A stretch of DNA of 57,802 nucleotides from Deltaproteobacteria bacterium. GTDB taxonomy: Bacteria; SAR324; NAC60-12. A program made the position numbers and the translations under genes. Shown piece after piece: positions 18,716-28,805 of the stretch. Position 1 is the first letter of the stretch; each line of letters begins with the position of its first letter. The stretch spans positions 1-57,802 of the forward strand of contig JAYOTF010000009.1 of assembly GCA_038150265.1 (NCBI GenBank), read 5' to 3'. Below the pieces are notes generated by a model. It worked only from the letters and a program-made list of their open reading frames with translations, was not told where the DNA came from and did not search any database.

Positions 18716-20947
18716 TCAGGTGGTGGGCAGCTCAATGACAAAAATGGCCCCGCCCTGGTCTCGGTTCCGGAAGCGAACAAAGCCGTTATGGTCAGAAACC
18801 GTCTGGTTCAGGATCGTCAGACCGAGTCCGGTGCCGTCGGGTTTGGTCGTGGCATAGGGGTCAAAGAGACGGTCAGCGACCTCAGGCTCCACGCCGGCGC
18901 CGTTGTCTTCCACTTCAATGTGGGCAATCCGCAACGTCGCATCAAAACTCGACCGGAGGAAAATTTCTCCCTGACGGAAGAGGCGCGACAGCCGCCCTTT
19001 CTTTTCAATGGCATCAATGGCGTTGTCCACCAGGTTGATGAGGGCCCGCCGCATCTGTTCGTGATCAAAGGGGAAGTGCGGGAGGCGCTCGTCCAGCTCC
19101 ATGCGTAGGATCATCCGGCCCGGCAGGTTTTCGGCATAGAGCGCTTCAACCTCACGGAGCAGCTCATTGAAGTCACCGGGCTGCGGGTTGGACTCTGGAA
19201 TGCGGGCAAACTGGGAAAATTCGGCGACCATCTGCTTCAGGCGTTCCACCTCCCGGACGATCGTCTGGGTGGCCTGCCGGAGGGTGGTGTCGTCGGCCAC
19301 CTGAGGAGCATACTTCCGGAGGATGCGCTCAGCAGAAAGCTGGATGGGGGTGAGAGGGTTCTTGATCTCATGGGCAATGCGCCGGGCCACCTCGCGCCAG
19401 GCCTGCGCCCGCTGCAGGCGCTGAATTTCCGTGATGTTGTTGCACACCAGCACGGTCCCAACGGCCTGGTGCTCCCGGTTTTCCAGCGGCAGCAGCGCCA
19501 CCACCACCTGAATGGGAGCCTCCTTGGTAATGGTCAGGTTCCGCGACACCACTGCTCCTCCAGCCTCCACCTCTTCGAGCATCCCCTCCAGTGCCTCCAG
19601 CGACTCCCGCTCCAGGACATCCCGGAAGTGCTGGTTGTGCGGGTTCTCTTCCTGGAACTGCAGAAGCTGCTTGGCTGCGCGGTTGGCGCCTTCAATGCGT
19701 CCTTCAAGGTCGAGCGAGACAACCCCGGTGCTGATGTTTTCCAGCACCAGCTCCACAAAGCGGGTGTGTTCCTCAAGGACCCGGTTGCTCTGCTGGAGGT
19801 TGTCGGTCGTCTGCTCAAGGGCAAGGCGGCTCTCCTGGAGGTCCACGCTCATGGCGTTGAAGGACCGGATCAGCAGGGCAAAGTCTCGGTCGAGGGACAT
19901 TTCCAGCTCCACCTGATAGCCCAACTCTCCCCCCGCCACGCGCTCGGTGGCCTGGGCGAGTTCCTCAATGGGTTCCACAAAGCCCCGGGCGAGGTAGAAC
20001 GCCAACCACGTGGCCACAAAGATGATGAAGGACATCATCAGCAGGAACACGACGATGTAGTACCGCCGAATGAGGTCTTCCGAAGCGGTGAGGAACTCGC
20101 TGGTGTGCTGCTGCTGGATGATCATGTTGATCGCCTGGGACGCCGGGCGGGCCGACGGCTGAAAGACCTCGAGCCACACGGTTCCCCTGGGCGTCTCCAC
20201 GGCGCGGAGGTGCCGGTACATCAGGCGCTGCTCTCCGGCCTCGGTCAACCACGAGGTCTGTTGCTCTTCCACCTGCAGCCACTCGGCTCCGGAAAGCGGG
20301 CGCCAGGAATCCTGGGCCACTTCGGTCCGGAGCGACCGCTGGAGGATGATGCGGTCCTTGCCGTACAGCACCACCCCGGCGCCGAGTTGATCATCGGGAC
20401 GCCACGTGTGCCACAGCCCTCCGGAGTCGAGGTGGGCGAGGAGTTCCTTTTCCAGAAGCCGGGCCTGCAGTTCCAGGGTCATCCGGAGGTTCTGGTGGTA
20501 CACCTCAGATACCTTCTGAGCACTCCGGACCACGCTCCGGTGCTGATCGACGATCCAGGTCTCGAGCGTGGAGACGACGAAGGTGCTGGCAAAGAGGTGG
20601 AAGCCCAGTGCCGGAAGCGACAGCACAATGAAGGCGAGGATCAGCTTGGTCTTGAGGTTGACGCCCAGTGCCCGCTGGCGACGCTCGTAGGCCAGCTTGA
20701 GGAGGTTCTTGGCAATGAGGTAGAAGACGATCGCAATCAGGACGATGTTGACGTTGATTGCGAGGAACAGGACCAGGCGGGATTCGCTCTCATCCTGCAG
20801 CGGGAGCCCCTGCCGGAAGCTGAAGGTCGTGAGGAAGAACAGAAGGGCGAGGAGCATCAGAACCGCCAGGAGGCGGTTCCGGATGCGCGGGTCTTCAGCA
20901 ATCAGCTCATGCAGCTGAGTCTGAACGGCTCGGAGGCGAGTCCACAT
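18716..20947 (-). CDS. NtrY-like sensor histidine kinase (HAMP-PAS-HisKA-HATPase)
   Basis: AWREVARRIAHEIKNPLTPIQLSAER, NLVDNA, DNGAG, GTGLGL. Confidence 0.93.
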   Translation of the reverse strand: MWTRLRAVQTQLHELIAEDPRIRNRLLAVLMLLALLFFLTTFSFRQGLPLQDESESRLVLFLAINVNIVLIAIVFYLIAKNLLKLAYERRQRALGVNLKTKLILAFIVLSLPALGFHLFASTFVVSTLETWIVDQHRSVVRSAQKVSEVYHQNLRMTLELQARLLEKELLAHLDSGGLWHTWRPDDQLGAGVVLYGKDRIILQRSLRTEVAQDSWRPLSGAEWLQVEEQQTSWLTEAGEQRLMYRHLRAVETPRGTVWLEVFQPSARPASQAINMIIQQQHTSEFLTASEDLIRRYYIVVFLLMMSFIIFVATWLAFYLARGFVEPIEELAQATERVAGGELGYQVELEMSLDRDFALLIRSFNAMSVDLQESRLALEQTTDNLQQSNRVLEEHTRFVELVLENISTGVVSLDLEGRIEGANRAAKQLLQFQEENPHNQHFRDVLERESLEALEGMLEEVEAGGAVVSRNLTITKEAPIQVVVALLPLENREHQAVGTVLVCNNITEIQRLQRAQAWREVARRIAHEIKNPLTPIQLSAERILRKYAPQVADDTTLRQATQTIVREVERLKQMVAEFSQFARIPESNPQPGDFNELLREVEALYAENLPGRMILRMELDERLPHFPFDHEQMRRALINLVDNAIDAIEKKGRLSRLFRQGEIFLRSSFDATLRIAHIEVEDNGAGVEPEVADRLFDPYATTKPDGTGLGLTILNQTVSDHNGFVRFRNRDQGGAIFVIELPTT

Positions 20948-20962
20948 TCCCGGAGGCTCGTG

Positions 20963-21400
20963 TTACTGAGCGAGGGACTTGTAGTACTCGTCTTTGCTTT
21001 TTTGGTGGTTGGGGTCCACCTTGTAGTCTTCGCTGTGCTTGACCAGCAGCTGGTCGGCGTGGAAGGTTCCGTCGGAGCGCATGCGTCCTTCGACGACCAC
21101 ACCCTGGCCTTCTCGGAACATGTCGGGCTTCACCCCCTGATAGACAACGGGGATGGAGTGCTGGGAGTCTTCTGTGATCCGGAAGGCCAGCTGGATGTCC
21201 TTGGCATTCCAGTCGGCGGTTCCCGGCATCACCAGGGCGCCGATGCGGATGGTTTTTTCCTCAAAGTCGGCTGGCTGGGCCAGGACTTCCTGAGGGGTGT
21301 AGAAGAAGACGGTCATTTCCTGCAGCCCCTGAACGGAGAGCAGGGTCAGGACGGCCAGAATGGCTGCCCCTCCAATCACAAACTTGGTTCGTGTTTTCAT
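20963..21400 (-). CDS. ccmE: cytochrome c maturation heme chaperone
   Basis: FFYTP, PDMFREGQGVVVEG, KHSEDY (HxxxY); start at ATG 21400. Confidence 0.95.
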   Translation of the reverse strand: MKTRTKFVIGGAAILAVLTLLSVQGLQEMTVFFYTPQEVLAQPADFEEKTIRIGALVMPGTADWNAKDIQLAFRITEDSQHSIPVVYQGVKPDMFREGQGVVVEGRMRSDGTFHADQLLVKHSEDYKVDPNHQKSKDEYYKSLAQ

Positions 21401-21564
21401 TGAGCCTTCATGGAAGCGGACGTCGGTTGCGGTTGAGCGTCCTTGAGCTGCTGCAACCCTTGGCGGTAGCGCCGCATCTTCAGCGCCACCCAAGGCACAT
21501 AGACAAGAAAGGCGATGCCCCAGATGCCGTAGCTGGCCAGGACGTATTCCAGGTTCATGGGCAT
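21397..21564 (-). CDS. ccmD: CcmD-like heme exporter small subunit (55 aa)
   Basis: Manual translation MPMNLEYVLASYGIWGIAFLVYVPWVALKMRRYRQ...; lies between ccmC and ccmE with ATGA overlap. Confidence 0.8.
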   Translation of the reverse strand: MPMNLEYVLASYGIWGIAFLVYVPWVALKMRRYRQGLQQLKDAQPQPTSASMKAQ

Positions 21565-21570
21565 GGGCGG

Positions 21571-22287
21571 TTACCCTTCGTTAGCCAGAGCGATCTGCTC
21601 CTGCAGTTCGTCGTGAAGCTCCTCCGTTTTGGTCCGGAGCAGGAGCAGGAAGACGTAGAACACGAGCATGGCGCCCATGCAGGTCAGGAGCGGGTACAGC
21701 AGTTCCGGAGGCATGGCCGGCTTGGCCGCTCCCTGCTGCACCTTGAAGAGCGTGGACGGCTGATGCAGGGTCCGCCACCACTCCACAGATTTGTGAATGA
21801 TGGGAATGTCAAGGAAGCCGATGATGCCCAGCACGGAGGCCAGGCGGGCTTCCTTGTGTCGCTCCGGAGTGGCTGCCCGGAGCAGGAAGTACCCGACAAA
21901 GATCAGGAAGAGCAACAAGGTGGTGGTCAGGCGGGCATCCCACACCCAGTAGGTGCCCCAGGTCGGACGCCCCCACACGGCCCCGGTGATGAGGACCATG
22001 GCACAGAACAGCAACCCGATCTCGGCAGACGCCTTGGCAATGCGATCAAACATCAGGTCCCGCTTCCACAGGTACCCAATGCTGAAGGCAAAGACGACAA
22101 AGAAGGCGACGTACGAGACAATCACCGAGGGCACATGCAGGTACATGATCTTCTGGACAAACCCTTGCTCCGTCTCGGTCGGAGCGACTCCGAACACCCA
22201 GAAGACGCACCCGGCCAGGGCAAGCAGGGAGGCCACGCCCAGAGCCGGAATGACGGGTTTTTGAGGCTCCAAAGCTGGACTAGCCAT
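21571..22287 (-). CDS. ccmC: heme exporter protein C
   Basis: YLHVP, WGRPTWGTYWVWDARLT, WWRTLHQ. Confidence 0.95.
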   Translation of the reverse strand: MASPALEPQKPVIPALGVASLLALAGCVFWVFGVAPTETEQGFVQKIMYLHVPSVIVSYVAFFVVFAFSIGYLWKRDLMFDRIAKASAEIGLLFCAMVLITGAVWGRPTWGTYWVWDARLTTTLLLFLIFVGYFLLRAATPERHKEARLASVLGIIGFLDIPIIHKSVEWWRTLHQPSTLFKVQQGAAKPAMPPELLYPLLTCMGAMLVFYVFLLLLRTKTEELHDELQEQIALANEG

Positions 22288-23710
22288 CGAGACGCTCCTT
22301 GAGTAATTGGTTAATGACTTGGGGGTTCCCTTGCCCCTTCGTTTGCTTCATCATCTGTCCGACAAAGAACCCGAGGAGCTGAACCTTCCCCGCCCGGTAC
22401 TGCTCAACCTGTGACGGGTTGGCCGCCAGGATCTCGTCGACCAGCGTGGCCAGGGCCGAGGTGTCGGAAACCTGCCGCAGCCCCTTGGCTTCGACCACCT
22501 GCTGCGGACTCTGCCCCGAACTCCGCGATTCTTCAAACACGGTCTTGGCAATCTTGTTGCTGATCTCGCCTTGCTTCAGCAGCAGGGTCAGCTCCGCCAG
22601 GTGTTCCGGAGTCAGCCCAACGTCCTGAATGGACCCGCCGGATTCATTCATCACGCGAATGAATTCGCCCATGATCCAGTTGCAGGCCAGCTTCGGATCG
22701 GCCCCTGCCTGAACCGATGCCTCAAAGAAGAGGGCGACTTCCTGGCTGGCCACCAGGACGCCGGCATCGTAGGAGCTCAGGCCAAACGCTTCGCTGTACC
22801 GCTCACGCTTGGCGTCCGGAAGCTCCGGAAGCTGAGCCCGAATGGCCTCCACCTGAGCCTCGGTGACCCGGGCCAGCGGAAGGTCCGGATCGGGGAAGTA
22901 GCGGTAGTCTTCCGCCTCTTCCTTGGTCCGCATGGTGAACGTGACCCGGCGCTCCGAGTCCCACAGCCGCGTCTCCTGTACCAGCTTGCGGCCATCCAGG
23001 ATCTCTTCGCGGTGCCGCTCGATTTCATACGCCACCGCCTGCTGAATGAACCGGAAGGAGTTGAGGTTCTTGATCTCGGCGCGGACCCCGAAGGCCTCCT
23101 GTCCCCGGGGACGAACCGACACGTTGGCATCGCAGCGGAAGTGCCCCTTCTCGAGGTCGCCTTCGCAGACGCCGAGGTAGGTGACAATGGAGTGGATCTT
23201 TTCCATGTACGCCTTGGCCTCTTCCGGAGAGCGCAGGTCGGGCTCACTGACAATTTCCAGCAGCGGCACGCCCGCCCGGTTCAGGTCAATGTGGCTTGAA
23301 TCGCCAGCGGAGTCATGGACCAGCTTGCCGGCATCTTCTTCGAGGTGGATGCGGGTGATGCCAATGCGTTTGGTCTCGCCGTCCACCTCAATCTCAATCC
23401 ACCCGTTCTCACAAATAGGACGGTCATACTGAGAAATTTGATACGCCTTGGGCAGGTCGGGGTAGAAGTAGTTCTTCCGGGCAAACTGGGAGTCGAGCCG
23501 GATCTCGCAGTGGGTGGCCAGTCCCAGCTTGACGGCAAAGTCCAGCACCTGGTTGTTGAGCACCGGAAGCGCGCCGGGAAGCCCAAGGCACACGGGACAG
23601 GTGTTGGCATTCGGGTCTTGCCCAAAGGTGGTTGGGCAGCTGCAGAAGATCTTGGACTGGGTGGCCAACTGGGCGTGAATTTCCAGTCCGATGACAGGTT
23701 CAAATTCCAT
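22280..23710 (-). CDS. gatB: Asp/Glu-tRNA amidotransferase subunit B
   Basis: IGLEIHAQL, RKNYFYPDLPK, RCDANVSVR, YRYFPDPDL. Confidence 0.98.
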   Translation of the reverse strand: MEFEPVIGLEIHAQLATQSKIFCSCPTTFGQDPNANTCPVCLGLPGALPVLNNQVLDFAVKLGLATHCEIRLDSQFARKNYFYPDLPKAYQISQYDRPICENGWIEIEVDGETKRIGITRIHLEEDAGKLVHDSAGDSSHIDLNRAGVPLLEIVSEPDLRSPEEAKAYMEKIHSIVTYLGVCEGDLEKGHFRCDANVSVRPRGQEAFGVRAEIKNLNSFRFIQQAVAYEIERHREEILDGRKLVQETRLWDSERRVTFTMRTKEEAEDYRYFPDPDLPLARVTEAQVEAIRAQLPELPDAKRERYSEAFGLSSYDAGVLVASQEVALFFEASVQAGADPKLACNWIMGEFIRVMNESGGSIQDVGLTPEHLAELTLLLKQGEISNKIAKTVFEESRSSGQSPQQVVEAKGLRQVSDTSALATLVDEILAANPSQVEQYRAGKVQLLGFFVGQMMKQTKGQGNPQVINQLLKERLDG

Positions 23711-24267
23711 TAGGCTTTCAACTCCTCAACTTCCCGTTCCAGTTCTCGAATCCGAGCCTGCAGGGCGTCCACGTCCTTGGGCTCTCCGGCTTCCGGAGCG
23801 GCAGCTCCTTCGGTTTCCAGGTTGCTCCGGAGGTGGTCCATGTGTTCCGCAAAGCTGGCAAAGGGGTTCATCAGGTTCTGCATGGTCGACGCTTGCATCC
23901 ACCCCTGGGGCGACACCAGGGCGTTCATCTGCCGGCGCATGAGGTCCCGGGTCTCGAGGTAGGAATCCAGGAGCTTGGGGACAAACTCGGTAAAAAACTC
24001 CCCCATCACGCCGTTGTGGTTGCGGATGAGTTGGTGCAGAAACGCGGAAGAGAACAGGAAGGTGTTCTTCTCCAGGAAGATCTGGGTGAGGACGCTCTGG
24101 GTGAGGTCCTCCTTGGTCCGGGAGTCAAAGACCTGCACCTCGTGCCCTTCCAGGATCAACTCCACCAGGTCATCAATGGTCAGGTACCCACTGTGGGTGA
24201 CATTGTACAGACGGCGGTTGGCGTACTTCTTGATGACAATGGGGTCCGTGTTCCGGGAAGCAGTCAT
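23710..24267 (-). CDS. PhaR-like polyhydroxyalkanoate synthesis regulator (DNA-binding)
   Basis: IKKYANRRLY, EDLTQSVLTQI; start at ATG 24267. Confidence 0.85.
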   Translation of the reverse strand: MTASRNTDPIVIKKYANRRLYNVTHSGYLTIDDLVELILEGHEVQVFDSRTKEDLTQSVLTQIFLEKNTFLFSSAFLHQLIRNHNGVMGEFFTEFVPKLLDSYLETRDLMRRQMNALVSPQGWMQASTMQNLMNPFASFAEHMDHLRSNLETEGAAAPEAGEPKDVDALQARIRELEREVEELKA

Positions 24268-24427
24268 GCGCAATTGAGTTCTGGGAAGCAGCAAAAGGAT
24301 CTGTTTAGCCCTGAAAATATAACGTCCTGACCGCCTCGCCTCAAGACATTTCGGTGGCTCGCAAGGGACGGCCCCTTGAGCCTGGCGTCCGAATTTCGCC
24401 TTCACCTCCAGCCCTGGTCCTGTTTTC

Positions 24428-25213
24428 ATGCCCACGCTCTCTGTTGTCATTTTGACCAAGAATGAAGCCTCCAATCTTCCGGACTGCCTGCAGGCGCTGG
24501 ACTGGGTGGATGAGGTGCTGGTCATGGATTCCGGAAGCGAGGATGCGACCGTGACGCTGGCACAAGAACGAGGCGCCCGCGTGGAGGTCCGTACCGACTG
24601 GGCCGGCTACGGGGCCCAGCGTCAGCGGGCCGAAGCCCTGGTGACGTCAGATTGGGTGCTGATGATTGATGCCGATGAGCGGGTCACACCCGAGCTGAGG
24701 GCAAGCATTGAAGCGGTTGTGCAGGCCAACGTCCCGGTAGTGGGCGAGCTGCCGCGTCTGAGCTGGTGCTTTGGGCGCTACATCCGGCACTCCGGTTGGT
24801 ATCCGGATTGGGTGGCGCGGCTGTATCCGAGGGGGCAGGCGGGTTACGATGAGGCCCGGGTTCACGAGTCAGTCCAGAATCCCCACGCCTTGCCCATCCG
24901 GAAGCTGCAGGGGGACCTGCTCCACTTCACCTACCGCAACCTGCGGCACTACCTTGAAAAATCCGCTCGCTACGCCGATGACTGGAGTGAGGCGCGTCGG
25001 CAGCAGGGGCGCAGCTCCACGCTCCGGAATGCCCTCCTGCACGCCTTCGGGTGCTTTGTGAAGATGTACCTCGTCAAAGCCGGGTTTCTGGATGGGCGGC
25101 AGGGGTTTCTGCTGGCCGCCCTTTCCTCGCACTCCACCTTTGTGAAGTACGCGGACCTGTGGATCAAGACCCGGACCGTGCCGTCGCCGGTTCAGCGTCC
25201 GGAGGCTTCCTGA
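24428..25213 (+). CDS. GT2 glycosyltransferase (LPS core, WaaE/KdtX-like)
   Basis: ILTKNEA, DSGSED, IDADE, WYPD, VHE. Confidence 0.9.
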   Translation: MPTLSVVILTKNEASNLPDCLQALDWVDEVLVMDSGSEDATVTLAQERGARVEVRTDWAGYGAQRQRAEALVTSDWVLMIDADERVTPELRASIEAVVQANVPVVGELPRLSWCFGRYIRHSGWYPDWVARLYPRGQAGYDEARVHESVQNPHALPIRKLQGDLLHFTYRNLRHYLEKSARYADDWSEARRQQGRSSTLRNALLHAFGCFVKMYLVKAGFLDGRQGFLLAALSSHSTFVKYADLWIKTRTVPSPVQRPEAS

Positions 25214-25905
25214 AGGAAGTTCAGCATCCAGGTTCCCACCTCCCAGGACTGAAGGGGCTTTTCCAGTGACCGGACTCCTTCGGCAAACACCTCGGCGCCC
25301 AGAAGCTCTTCCCGGAGCTTCATCAGGTCCAGCGAGTACGCCTTTTCAAATTCCGGATGCCCCTGAAAGGCCAGCACCTGCTTCCCGATCCGGAACATTG
25401 CGTGGGGACAGAAGGCGTTGTGCCCCATCAACTCTGCATCCGGAGGCAGCTGCGTCACCTGATCCTGGTGGCTGGCAACAATGGAGAAGGTGTCGAGGTC
25501 GGGGCTCATCCAGGTGTCGTGCTGGCTGACCTGATAGGTCTGCACCCCCACGCCCCAGCCCTGTGTGGCTTTCTCCGTCTTGCCGCCCAACGCATGGGCG
25601 ATCATCTGGTGTCCAAAGCAGATCCCCAAAAGAGGCGCCTTCGCCTGGTAGAGGTGCCGGACCTGCTCGGCGAGCGTCCGCACCCACGGCTCGTCCTCAT
25701 AGACGCTGTGCTTGCTTCCGGTGATGATGTAGCCATCGCACTCATCCGGCGTTTCGGGGTACTCCAGAGCCTGAACGCGGTAGACCTCGAAGGTCAGCCC
25801 TTCACGGAGGGGACGGAGCAACCGAAAGAACATGTCTGGATAATTTCCGTGGAGGGGCCGCAGTTCCTCACGGGTTTCATCACACTGCAGAATTCCAATC
25901 TTCAT
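25192..25905 (-). CDS. class I glutamine amidotransferase
   Basis: ITGS, LGICFGHQ, QGHPEF. Confidence 0.9.
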   Translation of the reverse strand: MKIGILQCDETREELRPLHGNYPDMFFRLLRPLREGLTFEVYRVQALEYPETPDECDGYIITGSKHSVYEDEPWVRTLAEQVRHLYQAKAPLLGICFGHQMIAHALGGKTEKATQGWGVGVQTYQVSQHDTWMSPDLDTFSIVASHQDQVTQLPPDAELMGHNAFCPHAMFRIGKQVLAFQGHPEFEKAYSLDLMKLREELLGAEVFAEGVRSLEKPLQSWEVGTWMLNFLQEASGR

Positions 25906-26164
25906 GGTTGCTCGTTCTTCATGGTTGGGGTCAATGTTGGTCCACGGCTCCTGAAACCGGAGCCTGGTGAGGGGCGGAGGTTAGCGGAATGAGGGGCCTC
26001 GCGCCTGTTCGCAATCATGCCCGAGATGCCGGGGAAGCGCAAGAAATCGCAGGGAAAGGCGACGCTGACACATTTCGTTTCGATTCCACTGTTGACGGAA
26101 AATGGGGATTTGGCATAACGGAAGGGTTCCTTTTTCCCTTTCAATCCCTTTTGAGGAGTCCCGC

Positions 26165-26920
26165 ATGTTTGCACTCAAACGCACCTTTTTGGTTGGCCTG
26201 ACCCTGTTCCTCGGTGTCGGCCTGGCCCAAGCAGAAAATACGGTTTCCACGGTGTCTTACGACTCCACTCAACCGAACTCCCAGGGCACCCTGGTGGTTC
26301 CGGATCAGCCGGGCAAGAAGCCGGCCCTGATTCTGATTCACGAGTGGTGGGGCCTGAATGACAACATCCGGGACTTTGCCCAGGAGTTTGCGGATTTGGG
26401 ATACGTGGCCCTGGCGGTGGACATGTACAACGGGGAGTCGGCGACCGATCCGCAGGACGCCCGGCGTCTCGCCGGCTCGGTTCGTGGCAACCTCGATGGC
26501 GCCTTTACCAACCTGCGGAGCGCGGTGGAGTTCCTCAAGCAGCATCCGGAGGTGGATGCCGACCGCCTGGCCGCTGTGGGGTGGTGCTTCGGAGGAGGCT
26601 GGGCGTACCAGATGGCCAAGAATGACCTCGGGGTGCGCGCTTCGGTGATGTACTACGGGCAGTTCAACCCGGAGGACGACCTAGCGATGATGCGAGCCAG
26701 CATCATGGGACACTTTGGCGCCGAAGACCGGTCCATCAAGGTGGATGACGTCAAGGCCTTCCAGGCGACGCTGAAGACTCAGGGCGGCGATCATGAGATC
26801 TTCATCTACGAAAACGCCGGGCACGCCTTCGCCAACAAGGACAACGCACGGGCTTACCGTGAGGAGTCTGCCAAGCAGGCGTGGGGACGCACCACGACCT
26901 TCCTGGAAAAGCACCTCTGA
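26165..26920 (+). CDS. secreted dienelactone hydrolase family protein
   Basis: GAGGAG RBS; signal peptide; HEWWGLN, GWCFGG, AGHAFAN. Confidence 0.92.
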   Translation: MFALKRTFLVGLTLFLGVGLAQAENTVSTVSYDSTQPNSQGTLVVPDQPGKKPALILIHEWWGLNDNIRDFAQEFADLGYVALAVDMYNGESATDPQDARRLAGSVRGNLDGAFTNLRSAVEFLKQHPEVDADRLAAVGWCFGGGWAYQMAKNDLGVRASVMYYGQFNPEDDLAMMRASIMGHFGAEDRSIKVDDVKAFQATLKTQGGDHEIFIYENAGHAFANKDNARAYREESAKQAWGRTTTFLEKHL

Positions 26921-26946
26921 TCCCTGCTCAGGGCCTCCCTTCTTGA

Positions 26947-26976
26947 AAGCCACAGCGTCGGTTGAAGCTGTGGCTT
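26947..26976. terminator. stem-loop between convergent genes
   Basis: aagccacagc-N10-gctgtggctt, 10-bp perfect stem. Confidence 0.6.
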
Positions 26977-27038
26977 CCTGTCATGTTCTCAAAATCATTT
27001 GGAAAACCAGGCGCCTCTCCGGACTCGGACGCTGAGGG

Positions 27039-27428
27039 TCAGGACGATGGGGCCGGCAGGCTGCTGTTGCCCTCCAGCTGCAACTGAACCCGTTCCGCGA
27101 TCTGCTGCAGTTCCGTGTTGCGCTGCTCCAGGCCCTTGACCTTTTCCCGCTCCACGAGCACCAGGCGTTTCAGGCGCTTGACCTCCTGCACGTTCTGCTG
27201 AGCCTGGCGTCGCAGGTGGAGGTGGTAGGAAAAGAAGTAGGCGACGCTGAAGAGGATCCCCCAGCCGAGGGTGAGGAGGATGGGGACAAAGAGCGGACCC
27301 TCGCTGCTCCAGCGGATGCCGAGCCACTCAAGGTGATACTTGACGATTACCGGATCCGCATTTTTGGTGGCAAAGTCTGCAGCAAAGAAGAGAAAGACCA
27401 CAAAGAAGATCATCCAGACGTATCGCAT
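27039..27428 (-). CDS. LapA-family membrane protein
   Basis: TM-FATKNADPV-TM then coiled coil. Confidence 0.7.
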   Translation of the reverse strand: MRYVWMIFFVVFLFFAADFATKNADPVIVKYHLEWLGIRWSSEGPLFVPILLTLGWGILFSVAYFFSYHLHLRRQAQQNVQEVKRLKRLVLVEREKVKGLEQRNTELQQIAERVQLQLEGNSSLPAPSS

Positions 27429-27518
27429 CGAAAGGCTCCTGAAAGGGTGAAGGTCCGGAAAGACGGTCGAGAAGGCGGCGCGATAAACGTGCTCAGTATC
27501 CGCAAATCCGGAAGAGTT

Positions 27519-28805
27519 TCAAGTTACAGCACGATGCTGAAAGTCAACGACGCGCGTTTTTCCGGGAAGGTAGACCTCGGTTTGGAGAGGCTCGGAGCGG
27601 GCGAGGATGGCTCCACGTCGGACCACCAGCAGGCGGTGGGCCTTTAGTCGTAGCGCCTCCAGTGGGTCCTGAGCCTGCAGCACCACAAAGCTGGCCTGGC
27701 ACCCGGGTTCCAGGCCGTAGCCTTCGAGCCCAAGCGTTCGGGCCGGGTTAACGGTGACGGCATCAAAGCAGGAACGCATGGCCGTGACGCCAGTCATCTG
27801 GGCCACATGCAGGCCCATGCTGGCGACCTCCAGCAGGTCTGCCGAGCCAAGGGCGTACCACGGGTCCATGACGCAATCGTGTCCGAAGGAAACATTCAGG
27901 CCGTGGGCGAGCTGTTCCGGAACCCGGGTGAGTCCCCGTCGCTTGGGGTAGCTGTCGTGCCGTCCCTGCAGAGTGATGTTGATCAGCGGGTTGGCGACCA
28001 CCTGCAGGTCTGCCTCTGCCATCAGGGGGAGGAGCTTGCTGACGTAGTAGTTGTCCATGGAGTGCATGGACGTCAGGTGCGATCCGGTCACTCGTCCCTG
28101 CAGGCCGTACCGGAGGGTTTCCCGGGCGAGCGTCTCCACGTGCCGGGAGAGGGGGTCGTCGCTCTCGTCGCAATGCAGGTCCACCCGGAGGCCCCGGTCG
28201 GCAGCAAGGCGGCAGAGCTGTTCCACCGACTGCCTTCCCTCGTCCATGGTCCGCTCAAAGTGGGGAATTCCCCCAATGACGTCAACGCCGCGGTCCAGTG
28301 CCGTTTTCAGCAATGCCGCGGCCTGCGGGTCCCGGAGGTAGCCGTCTTGCGGGAACGCGACCAGTTGCAGGTCAAGAAACGGAGCCATCTCACGCTTCAC
28401 CTCCAGCAGCGCTTCAACGGCAAGCAGCCGGGGGTCGCAGACGTCCACGTGGCTCCGGATGGCGAGCAGCCCGCGGGCAAGGGCGAGTTCGCAGTACTGC
28501 AGCGCGCGCCGCTTGATGGCCTCCACCGTGAGGTGCGGCTTCAGCTCTCCCCAAAGCGCAATGCCCTCCAGCAAGGTGCCAGACTCATTCAGGCGGGGCT
28601 GCCCAAGGGAAAGGGTCGCGTCCATGTGAAAGTGCGCATCCACAAACGGCGGGCTGACCAATCGCCCGGCGGCATCAAACTCTTCCGGAGCGGAGGCGGC
28701 GAGGTTCGGTTCAACCGCAACGAGGGTCTCGCCTTGCACCCCAAGGTCCTGATGGCTGCGTCCGTCCGGAAGCGTGGCATTGCGGATGATGAGGTCGAGG
28801 GTCAT
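27519..28805 (-). CDS. codA: cytosine/creatinine deaminase (amidohydrolase)
   Basis: DAHFHMD, GGIPHFE, HCDESDD, GHDCVMDPWY. Confidence 0.88.
   Translation of the reverse strand: MTLDLIIRNATLPDGRSHQDLGVQGETLVAVEPNLAASAPEEFDAAGRLVSPPFVDAHFHMDATLSLGQPRLNESGTLLEGIALWGELKPHLTVEAIKRRALQYCELALARGLLAIRSHVDVCDPRLLAVEALLEVKREMAPFLDLQLVAFPQDGYLRDPQAAALLKTALDRGVDVIGGIPHFERTMDEGRQSVEQLCRLAADRGLRVDLHCDESDDPLSRHVETLARETLRYGLQGRVTGSHLTSMHSMDNYYVSKLLPLMAEADLQVVANPLINITLQGRHDSYPKRRGLTRVPEQLAHGLNVSFGHDCVMDPWYALGSADLLEVASMGLHVAQMTGVTAMRSCFDAVTVNPARTLGLEGYGLEPGCQASFVVLQAQDPLEALRLKAHRLLVVRRGAILARSEPLQTEVYLPGKTRVVDFQHRAVT

Noticed and set aside
19370..21403. 677-aa plus-strand ORF
   Set aside because: Antisense shadow of the histidine kinase and ccmE
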